Source: Antedon mediterranea
Taxonomy: Eukaryota > Animalia > Echinodermata
Assembly: GCF_964355755.1 (NCBI RefSeq)
Contig: NC_092676.1
Location: 4,441,888 to 4,505,887, forward strand
Length of the DNA: 64,000 nucleotides
Reading direction: 5' to 3'
The notes below the pieces were generated by a model. It saw only the letters and a list, made by a program, of their open reading frames with translations. It did not search any database and had not been told where the DNA came from. Positions 12,701 to 24,700 of the stretch are shown here, piece after piece. How positions within the stretch are numbered: the first letter of the stretch is position 1; the number at the start of each line of letters is the position of its first letter. The position numbers and the translations under genes are program-made.

Positions 12701-15700
12701 TTTCAACATTTGAGGTGACAGAAAAACTAAAATAATTTAAAAACAGCTTGGATATTGTGATTTACTTATACTGTGCATTCTTTTTACTTTTAAGGTATTT
12801 GAGCGATAACCAAATAAGTACATTACCAGCCAATACATTTGCTGGTTTGACAGCATTGGAAACACTGTAAGTATATGGCTTATGTTTGCTTACTTTTACC
12901 AATTTGGTTTTAATTTAGAAATTAAATTACAAATTAATTTGAATTGTTGATTAAGCAATTATAATGGATTAATATTATTACATAATTGCACAATTTGTGA
13001 TCTTATAAAAAAACTTTAAAAATCAATAGTTTTTTGCTCATCCAACATTAACAAACTTTATTTTTTTGAATAATATTATAATAATTCAAAATACATTTTT
13101 ATTGTAACTGTCACAATATAAATATTATTATAACAAATGTTACTAAATAATTAGTATTTGTTTATTTAGTGATTTTGTTTTAAGAGAATAAAAATTATTG
13201 AAATATAAATATATATATTTTATATTTTGACATTAAAATATTGATACAATACAGTGCATGTATTGTAGGTTCGATTGTAGTAAGGGAGTAATAATATGTA
13301 CTTTATGATTTCATGATTATTTATAGTAAAAATTAATTTTAAAGTGAACATTTTAAAAATGTATTCACCATGATTGAACTATTTATTTTTGTAAGATCTA
13401 ACAATTGAAACTGAATCTGTATTACATATTGGATAACACATTTATTATATATTAAAAATTATTGAAATATAAATATATATTTTATATTTTGACATTTGAC
13501 ATTGCTTATGTTTGCTTACTTTTACCAATTTGGTTTTAATTTAGAAAATTAAAATTATTAAAATATAAATATATATTTTATATTTTGACATTAAAATATT
13601 GATACAATACAGTGCATGTATTGTAGGTTCAATTGTAATAATGGAGTAATAATATGTACTTTATGATTTCATGATTATTTACAGTAAAACACATTTTAAA
13701 ATAAACATTTTTTAAATTTATCCACCATGATTGAACTATTTATTTTTTTAAGATATAACAATTGAACTTTTACCAATTTGGTTTTAATTTAGAAATTAAA
13801 TTACAAATTATTTTACATTGTTGGTTAAGAAATGATAATGGATTAATATTATTATATAATTTCACAATTTGTGATCTTATAAAAAAACTTTAAAAATCAA
13901 TAGTTTTTTGCTCATCCAACATTAACAAACTTTATTTTTTTGAATATTATTATAATAATTCAAAATACATTTTTATTGTAACTGTCACAATATAAATATT
14001 ATTATAACAAATGTTACTAAATAATAAATATTTGTTTATTTAGTGATTTTGTTTATGATAATAAAAATTAATAAAATATAAATATATATTTTGGCATTAA
14101 ATATTGATACAATACAGTGCATGTATTATAGGATCAATTGTATTAATGGACTAATAATATGTACTTTATGATTTCATGATTATTTACAGTAAAACCAATT
14201 TTAAAATCAACATTTTTAAAATGTATCCACCATGATTGAACTATTTATTTTTTTAAATAACAATTTAAACTGAATTTGTATTATATATTAAATAATACAT
14301 TTATTTTATGGTTGCTATGTGTACATAATAATTCTGAATTAATCTTAAATGTAAAATCTTGTAAAAACAAACTTAAAAAATCACTAGTTTTTTGCTCATC
14401 CACCATGAATGAACTTTTTATAATATATAATATTTCAAAATGATTTTTTATTGTAAATGTCACAATATAAATATATTTTTGTAAATCAACAATTTCAGCC
14501 GTCGGGCTGCATGTTTTTTATTATATAAACCTGAATAAATAAATAAATAAATTATTACAATTGATCCTACAATACATGCACTGTATTGTATAAACATTTT
14601 AATGTCAAAATATAAAATATGTAATCACTACATAACAAATACTAATTATTTAGTATAACAATCATTATAATGATATTTATTGTGAAATTTTACAATTAAT
14701 ATTATTTTTTAAATTATTATGTATTACACAAAAATAAATTTCATTCATGGTGGATGAATTAAAAACTAGTGATTTATAAAGATATTTTTTATAAGATCAC
14801 AAAGTGTAAAATTATGTAAATTATGTAATAATATTAATCCATTATCATTATACAGTAGTTGTACTGCATGTACTCTATTGTATGTACTAGTGATGTCACA
14901 ATATACTATGGGTAAATAAAAATGTATATTTTAATAACTTATTTTATCAAAATAAAATGTCTACAAAAAATTAAAATGTTTTGATAGCAACCATATAATA
15001 AATGTATTATCTATATGTAATACAGATTCAGTTTCAATTGCTATGTCTTACAAAAATAAATAGTTCAATCATGGTGGATAAATTTAAAAATTGTTGATTT
15101 TAAAATTAGTTTTACTGTAAATAATCATGAAATCATAAGGTACATATTATTAGTCCATTATTACAATTGATCCTACAATGCATTCAATGTATTGTATCAA
15201 TATTTTAATGACAAAATATAAAATATATATTTATATTTTAATAATTTTTATTCTCATAAAAAAATCACTACATAAACAAAATACTAATTATTTAGTAACA
15301 TTTGTTATAATGGTATATATATATATGGAAACACAAATATTTAAAAAAATACCAAAATTTATACAAAACATTAACAAATTTGAAAAATTCAGTTAAAAAA
15401 ATAAAATTATGTTAAAAAAATTACATAATTTATATACAAAATGCTTAGGCCTATATATGTAAATATTTATAACATAGCCATCTTCAGCGTGATCAGTTTA
15501 GGTACTGTTTAAATTAAGGATTCTACTTATAGTAAGGGCAGGCGAGGTCTTAAGACGGTTAGTTCTACAAACAGGTATATTATTTAGGGGTTTATGGACT
15601 AATATGTACTTTATGATTCCATGATTATTTACAGTAATTTTGTTTTAAGAAAATAAGAAATAAGTTATGAAAATATATTTACAAAAGTATATTTTGACAT

Positions 15701-18700
15701 ACTAAAGTATACAATAGATGGATTACATGCAGTATAATGTATTTACTGTACTACAATTTAGTTTTAATTAAAAAGGTAAATTAGAAATTGTATTTTACAT
15801 TGTAGAACAATTATAACAAAATATTTAATATATAATTTCATTATTATGTGATTATAAGTTTAAACCCCACCTCACCAAAAAAATATATATACGTATATGA
15901 TAATATAATAAATCAAAAATCAATTTTCAGTTGTTATTTTACAATATAAATATCATTTAAAATATCATTTAAGTTAATTTTACTACATTTAGTATTTGTT
16001 TACTTTAACCAGAAAACAAACAAAAATAAAAGGGATAAATGCAGTGTTTATATTACCGTAAATCAATAGATAATTGGCAACTAACTTAATTAACTGCTCA
16101 AGCCCAAACTAGCAAGACCATAATGTGCATTATTTATCATATACTGTGTATTTTTTATCATTTAAGGTGGTTGGATGGTAACCAAATACACACATTGGAA
16201 GCCTATGCATTTGCCGGTTTGGAATCATTGACAGGACTGTGAGTATTTTTTCAATACTTTTACAAACTTCCTTATTTTTAAAAGAAACTTTATTTATTGT
16301 TGTTTTAGAACTATTCTAATTATTCCAGTTGATACTGTATGTCATGGACTGCCATAACATTGCTGTAACACAGATGTCAATCAACAATAGATTTACAACT
16401 AACAATATGACTTATATTATTATTTATAATTACTAGAGGGTGAGCTCGCTTCGCTCGCTCCCCCTCTAGGAAGTGTAGACGATGGTTCTCGGAATGATAA
16501 TGTTCTCCTTATACATTTTCTGTCGGTTACCATTATTGAAAATGCTTGACATTCGTAAAACTAAACTACTTTGTTTCACAGTGTTTTAGATGATTAATAA
16601 CATTTTAAAGTATAGTTTTTATTGTTTGGTAGGGCCCTTTGGGGAGGCGGAGGTCATTTGAGGGAGGTGCTTATTCGAGGGATATATGTTAAATTTTTTA
16701 GTTCTAATAATATGGTAACATTTATAATCAAATGAAATCCTCTCATAGATATGAAAAGTGGTAAAAAAGAATAACAAATGCTTGGTAAATTGCAGATAAC
16801 AGTGCGGTGAATTCTACTACAAATAGTATAATTGTGTTATTATAAATATGTGGATGGACGTTTATTAGATAGTTGGGTTGTGGGGGGGGGGGGGGGTTAT
16901 TATTCAAAGTGATGTTTTATTGGAGAGGCGTTTATTCAAATGAATACCATCCTAATAATTATTAATACATTATTTAATTTAATCATCTTTTGAAACTAAC
17001 TGCCGTGACAGAGTGGGCCCAAGAAAGAAGACATTACGGCTTGCAACATGGGCAGACATCTCGGTCCTAACGGGACACAGGAAGATAGCCTACAGTTATT
17101 CCTGCAAGCTTACTCAATAAAACTCAGGGATTTCACTCGAAAAATGTCTTATCAAATCTCCCTATGTAATTTTATAATACTATTCCCCACAATATATTCT
17201 GATTCTTTATGGCGTATATTTAATTTGATCTTTATTAATTTGCAGTATAATTCTTATTATTTAACTACTGTACCTTCACACACGTGTGGTATGTTTTAAA
17301 ATAAACAAAAAACTGAAATGGCTATGATTAATGGCCAATTTTTTTTTCGTCTTCCAAAGGGACACTGTATTGATTGATGGAAAGTGCCTGTTTCCAGTCA
17401 CCTTTAGGGTCAAATCTATTATTTTAACTGCTCCCTTGTGTATAAAAGAGAGAAAATATTTGAAACTAAGGTGAACTTATCTTAAACCCGGAAATTACTT
17501 TGACCGGAAGAATTGAAATTGAGAGGAAAATCCAATGTTGAAATCATAAATGTTGTTAAAAAACTCTTTATAATATCTTCCTAAGATATAAATATGGAAC
17601 AATAGCGTCGGCGTGCACACTAACGTTATCAAATCAACGTTTCGCGGTACATCTCGGATAGATAAGGTAGGTATCCAAGGCGGAGATTTGTACCGAAGTT
17701 TTTGCATTGTGCTCGCCTATGTCAGAATTAACCATAATTTATATATAGATTATACATGACAATTTGATTCAAAGATCTCTTTTGTCACAATTTTTTTTTT
17801 TAATAAAAATTTACCATATTACTGTATCAAACAACTTAGATACTGATCGAATTTCTGTTATGAGTATACAGTACTTGCCTTTACGACGCCTGAGGGAATA
17901 GACACTTGTGGAACAGAGATTGGAATGTTCCATTCATCGCAAATCAATACATTTGTATAAACGTATATTAAATCTATCAAAATAATACTTTTTAAAGAAA
18001 ATCGGCCTGTCTTCAACATTATGATGCTGTACTCGAGCTGTTCAGCCGGTTTTCAGCGATTAAAAACAATTATCGTAGGAGGAGATAGGAAAATGCGAAG
18101 CATCCTCGCATTATTGTATGCGGGTATTTTTCAAGATGGACATGCATTAGACAGTGTATACCACGATCGGAAAACACCCCTATTTGGAGCAAATCGTTGA
18201 ACCTAAATTCGTTTTAATCGTCAATAACTAATTATCGAACTCAATTTAATTAGTAAACAGGGTTACATCAGGTGGTTAAAATCAGTATCGAAAGTACGAA
18301 CCAACTTTATATACCATCGAGTAAACATTCTAGAAATAACGCGCGATTTACCGAATAAATCAAATATCAATTTTCAGTTGTTATTTTACAATATAAATAT
18401 CATTTAAAATATCATTTAAGTTAATTTTACTACATTTAGTATTTGTTTACTTTAACCAGAAAACAAACAAAAATAAAAGGGATAAATGCAGTGTTTATAT
18501 TACCGTAAATGAATAGATAATTGGCAACTAACTTAATTAACTGCTCAAGCCCAAACTAGCAAGACCATAATGTGCATTATTTATCATATACTGTGTATTT
18601 TTTATCATTTAAGGTGGTTTGATTTTAACCAAATACACACATTGGAAGCCTATGCATTTGCCGGTTTGGAATCATTGACAGGACTGTGAGTATTTTTTCA

Positions 18701-21700
18701 ATACTTTTACAAACTTCCTTATTTTTAAAAGAAACTTTATTTATTGTTGTTTTAGAACTATTCTAATTATTCCAGTTGATACTGTATGTCATGGACTGCC
18801 ATAACATTGCTGTAACACAGATGTCAATCAACAATAGATTTACAACTAACAATATGACTTATATTATTATTTATAATTACTAGAGGGTGAGCTCGCTTCG
18901 CTCGCTCCCCCTCTAGGAAGTGTAGACGATGGTTCTCGGAATGATAATGTTCTCCTTATACATTTTCTGTCGGTTACCATTATTGAAAATGCTTGACATT
19001 CGTAAAACTAAACTACTTTGTTTCACAGTGTTTTAGATGATTAATAACATTTTAAAGTATAGTTTTTATTGTTTGGTAGGGCCCTTTGGGGAGGCGGAGG
19101 TCATTTGAGGGAGGTGCTTATTCGAGGGATATATGTTAAATTTTTTAGTTCTAATAATATGGTAACATTTATAATCAAATGAAATCCTCTCATAGATATG
19201 AAAAGTGGTAAAAAAGAATAACAAATGCTTGGTAAATTGCAGATAACAGTGCGGTGAATTCTACTACAAATAGTATAATTGTGTTATTATAAATATGTGG
19301 ATGGACGTTTATTAGATAGTTGGGTTGTGGGGGGGGGGGGGGGTTATTATTCAAAGTGATGTTTTATTGGAGAGGCGTTTATTCAAATGAATACCATCCT
19401 AATAATTATTAATACATTATTTAATTTAATCATCTTTTGAAACTAACTGCCGTGACAGAGTGGGCCCAAGAAAGAAGACATTACGGCTTGCAACATGGGC
19501 AGACATCTCGGTCCTAACGGGACACAGGAAGATAGCCTACAGTTATTCCTGCAAGCTTACTCAATAAAACTCAGGGATTTCACTCGAAAAATGTCTTATC
19601 AAATCTCCCTATGTAATTTTATAATACTATTCCCCACAATATATTCTGATTCTTTATGGCGTATATTTAATTTGATCTTTATTAATTTGCAGTATAATTC
19701 TTATTATTTAACTACTGTACCTTCACACACGTGTGGTATGTTTTAAAATAAACAAAAAACTGAAATGGCTATGATTAATGGCCAATTTTTTTTTCGTCTT
19801 CCAAAGGGACACTGTATTGATTGATGGAAAGTGCCTGTTTCCAGTCACCTTTAGGGTCAAATCTATTATTTTAACTGCTCCCTTGTGTATAAAAGAGAGA
19901 AAATATTTGAAACTAAGGTGAACTTATCTTAAACCCGGAAATTACTTTGACCGGAAGAATTGAAATTGAGAGGAAAATCCAGTGTTGAAATCATAAATGT
20001 TGTTAAAAAACTCTTTATAATATCTTCCTAAGATATAAATATGGAACAATAGCGTCGGCGTGCACACTAACGTTATCAAATCAACGTTTCGCGGTACATC
20101 TCGGATAGATAAGGTAGGTATCCAAGGCGGAGATTTGTACCGAAGTTTTTGCATTGTGCTCGCCTATGTCAGAATTAACCATAATTTATATATAGATTAT
20201 ACATGACAATTTGATTCAAAGATCTCTTTTGTCACAATTTTTTTTTTTAATAAAAATTTACCATATTACTGTATCAAACAACTTAGATACTGATCGAATT
20301 TCTGTTATGAGTATACAGTACTTGCCTTTACGACGCCTGAGGGAATAGACACTTGTGGAACAGAGATTGGAATGTTCCATTCATCGCAAATCAATACATT
20401 TGTATAAACGTATATTAAATCTATCAAAATAATACTTTTTAAAGAAAATCGGCCTGTCTTCAACATTATGATGCTGTACTCGAGCTGTTCAGCCGGTTTT
20501 CAGCGATTAAAAACAATTATCGTAGGAGGAGATAGGAAAATGCGAAGCATCCTCGCATTATTGTATGCGGGTATTTTTCAAGATGGACATGCATTAGACA
20601 GTGTATACCACGATCGGAAAACACCCCTATTTGGAGCAAATCGTTGAACCTAAATTCGTTTTAATCGTCAATAACTAATTATCGAACTCAATTTAATTAG
20701 TAAACAGGGTTACATCAGGTGGTTAAAATCAGTATCGAAAGTACGAACCAACTTTATATACCATCGAGTAAACATTCTAGAAATAACGCGCGATTTACCG
20801 AATAAATCAAATATCAATTTTCAGTTGTTATTTTACAATATAAATATCATTTAAAATATCATTTAAGTTAATTTTACTACATTTAGTATTTGTTTACTTT
20901 AACCAGAAAACAAACAAAAATAAAAGGGATAAATGCAGTGTTTATATTACCGTAAATGAATAGATAATTGGCAACTAACTTAATTAACTGCTCAAGCCCA
21001 AACTAGCAAGACCATAATGTGCATTATTTATCATATACTGTGTATTTTTTATCATTTAAGGTGGTTTGATTTTAACCAAATACACACATTGGAAGCCTAT
21101 GCATTTGCCGGTTTGGAATCATTGACAGAACTGTGAGTATTTTTTCAATACTTTTACAAACTTCCTTATTTTTAAAAGAAACTTTATTTATTGTTGTTTT
21201 AGAACTATTCTAATTATTCCAGTTGATACTGTATGTCATGGACTGCCCTAATATTGCTGTAAACACCGGTGCCAATCAATTTACATCTAACAACATGAAT
21301 TATATTATTGTTTATATACATGAAAATTTGATTCAAAGATCTCTTTTGTCAATACATTTTTTTAATGAAAATTTACAATCATACTGTATCAAACAACTGA
21401 GTGTTGACAAAGTGCGAGGCAGCGAGGCACGCGAGGCAAGCGCGGCATGCGCGGCATGCCAAATATTTGTGCGAGGCATCATTTTATCATTTCCAAAAGT
21501 GCGAGGCATATAGTTTACAATTTCAAAAAGGTGCGAGGCATATCTTAACGTGCTATTATGCTATATTATAGGCCTAATAATCAATCGATACAAGCGTATC
21601 TAAATAGATTCGTGTATACACTCATCATGTTGTTTATTTTTATGTAACGATTGTTTTTTCATTCAAGTCATATCGTGTCAAATTTTACTTTTACAAAAGT

Positions 21701-24700
21701 GCCCAAACTACGGTTAAAAAATCTGAACGACAGTCTTCAACTTTCGATAAACAATAATTGTTATAGCAACACACTCATCAAATGACTGCAATGTTTGTTG
21801 GCATTTCGAGCGTGTTCACTCACATGTCTCTCGAACATAGCAGAGTGAAAATAATATTTTGTCACACCCCTGCGCCTAGATCCGGTAGACCCGAGAGATG
21901 GAAAATCCCTCTTTACTATTTAGCAGGTAGCGGAATGATTCAGCCCTCAGCTCAGAGGATTGTGGTGCATTCCCCTCCTATAGCACGTGGTTTCAGCAGC
22001 AACGCACAGACTTCTCTCTGAGCGGCGTGCCAAAGACATTTTTGACATTCCATTCTCTAGGAACAACACGTGTACCTCTCTCGCAAATAAGGTGAACAGC
22101 GATTGCCAGGACAAGTTCAATAACTGGCGGTGAATAAAAGGTAACTGATATGCCGATCCAATAACATGCCGCAAAGAAAAAAATTGCGACAGAATTCTGG
22201 AGCGCGTGTGAAAAAAGACTTACGTCCGACAATTGTAATACTAGGCCTAAAATTAAACTTTAGCTAATATGCTTAGCCCTAACCTAGATAAAGGCCTATG
22301 TAGAAAATAATTTAATCAATTTTGATAAAATAATAATTGGTGTAATATTTAATAATGATACACTATTCCTGTTTTAGTAAGCTAGGTATATTACGAACGA
22401 TTTTTATTTATTGTTGTCCATGTACGTACTAATAAACCTGGCGCTAGTTTCCTTCGCTTGTATGTTTACTCCAAATTTGATAACTAACTTTATCGTGTGA
22501 ATACCACACCTTAGAAGTATACCTCATGAGTACTTTAATGAAAGAATCACATAAAAAGTAACAAATAAATCCTTAAATTAATGATTTTACAGGCGTGTTT
22601 CTCGCACACTGTTCGCGAATTTCACTTATTCAATGTTCAATATTTTTGTTTCTATGGAGCGCCAAAAGAGCAACGATAATAGAGGACTAAAACTCAGTGG
22701 AATGCGTCAATTTCTCATGCATTTATTGGTGAAAAACACGTTTTATTTCAATATATTTGTTAATTTGTCAATAAAAATGTTGTAATATGTTACTGCTGAT
22801 ACTGTTCTGTTTTCAAAGAATAATAATCGATCCTAAATCAACATCACTACCTAGTCTAGACCTAGGACATCCTACTAAGGATATTATGATGAATTTTTCT
22901 ATTTTATTCTTTAAAAGGTTAACGAAACCGTGTACATTATCAACAGTAACATTTTTCCTTACTGACAGTGACAAAATCTATTGAAATTGTACTTGATTTT
23001 CACCAAATAATGCGTTAAATATAAATGGATTCCACAGAGTTTTTAGCCCTCTAATTAATTTTGCTCTTTTGGCGTTCCATAGAAACCAAAATATTGAACA
23101 TTGAGTGTGCGAAATGCGAGAAAAACAACGTCTGTAAAATCACCAATTTAATGGATTTATTGTTACTTTTATGTGATTTTTCTTCATTAAAGTATGCCTA
23201 ATTCTAAGCTGTGGTATTCAGGATAAAGCCTTGGTTAAATTACAAGGCAGGTGCAAAAGGAAACTAGCCTAGCGGGCCTAGGCCTAGGCTACTTCAATTT
23301 CGGTGATTTCCTGCCTTGCAATTTTGAGAAATGATAAAATGATGCCTCGCATTTTTTGATGATGGTAAAACGATGCCTCGCATAAATTTCTGACTTGCCT
23401 CGCATGCCTTCTCTGCCTCGCGTGCCTCGCTGCCTCGCACTTTGTTACTACCCATGTAGAATTAACAATAACAGATTATTATGTATTACCATAAAACTTT
23501 GAAAAGAAGGCAATTGCTGTTTCTTTTTTTAGGATTCTTGGGTGGGCTTCTTTTCGAGATATGCTAAATTTTGAGATGGGCTTCTTTTTGTGCCGCTCCT
23601 TTAGGAGCAGCACAAAACAAGCAAGCATTAGGAAACAGTTACCATTCGGAAGGTTACAGTTTGCTAGGGCTGAAAAAATGGGTATTTGGAAACCCGGACT
23701 GGGAATGGGGGCAAACCCCAAAATTATATAAGATGTAGAACTCAATAGATAATTTGCAATTAACTTACCTGCTCAAGCCTAAGCTAGCAAGACTATTATA
23801 CTGTGCATTATTCATCATTTAAGGCGGTTGGAAGGTAACCAAATACACACATTGGAAGCCAATGCATTTTCTGGTTTGGAATCATTGACAGAACTGTGAG
23901 TATTTTTTCAATACTTTTACAAACTTTATAATTTCAAAATAAACTATATTTATTGTTATTCCAGTTGATACTGTATGTCATGGACTTCCCTAACATTGCT
24001 GTAACACTGGTGCCAATCAATTGAATAACAACATGAATTATATTATTGTTTATATACATGATTATTTTATTCAAAGATCTCTTTTGTCACAATTTTTTTT
24101 TTAATGAAAATAATTACTATAACACTGTATCAAACAACTTGGATACTGTATATGATTTTCCTTACTGTGAATTATTTTTCTGTATCAAACAACTATGATA
24201 TAATAATTTTACTTACTATGAAATATGTTATTTTGAAGGCGTTTGAATGGTCACAAAATCAGTACATTGCCAGCTAATGCATTTAACGGTTCGACAGCAT
24301 TGACAACACTGTAAGTGTTTTCTCTTGTTCATAATACTTTTATATCTTTAATTAAAGTAGAACCCCTATAATAATGGGACACCTTCAAAACCAAAATTGT
24401 CCCCATAATAGAGGTTTTTGTTGAAATAAAAACCAAACTTTTAGCAACCAATGTTTCACCAATAAAAATTGTCAAGCCTGAGAAAGTATGTTTATTTTTA
24501 CGATATTCATTTTTGATCTTGTAGCAAAATTTAATTCAATTTTAATGAGAGATGATGAACCTGGAGCAAGTGGTTGACTGAAATTAAACTTTTGTACTAT
24601 AAAAGGGTTACTATCTATATATAAATTTACGTAAGGGCAAAATTCGGTAAATCACGCGTTATTTCTAGAATGTTTACTCGATGGTATATAAAGTTGGTTA

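Larger units (their letters stand above)
1..14470 (+). repeat. Tandem array of mostly ~0.8-0.95-kb intron+LRR-exon units (class A), with mosaic and exon-less units
   Basis: Recurrent blocks (e.g. aaagtacatacaatagagtacatgcagtataactactg, ccaccatgattgaactattt, gtattgtaggatcaattgtaat) at ~0.9-kb period. Confidence 0.95.
15911..21240 (+). repeat. Near-identical 2447-bp tandem duplication (2 full copies + partial third), one LRR exon per copy
   Basis: Exon starts 16167/18614/21061 are exactly 2447 apart; duplicated ORFs 17048/19495 and 17495/19942. Confidence 0.95.

Noticed and set aside
558-12900. RAG-type recombination signal sequences flanking the cassettes
   Set aside because: No CACAGTG heptamer/ACAAAAACC nonamer pairs at 12/23 spacing were found by eye. 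ACACTGT at exon ends is just Thr-Leu codons plus the GT donor. No recombinase or deaminase gene lies in the window.
1-14470. CRISPR-like or prokaryotic repeat-spacer array
   Set aside because: Units are ~0.9 kb with GT-AG exons in a eukaryotic gene; there are no short repeats with unique spacers and no cas genes.
557-15396. Short ORFs 557-784, 1296-1478, 14281-14463 and 15178-15396 as genes
   Set aside because: AT-rich low-complexity frames in intron repeats or antisense to LRR exons.
21782-22232. ORFs inside the MULE-like element (and their copies at 33221-33671) as a transposase
   Set aside because: Short and overlapping, with no recognisable DDE, FLYWCH or SWIM motif; they are identical only because the element is duplicated.
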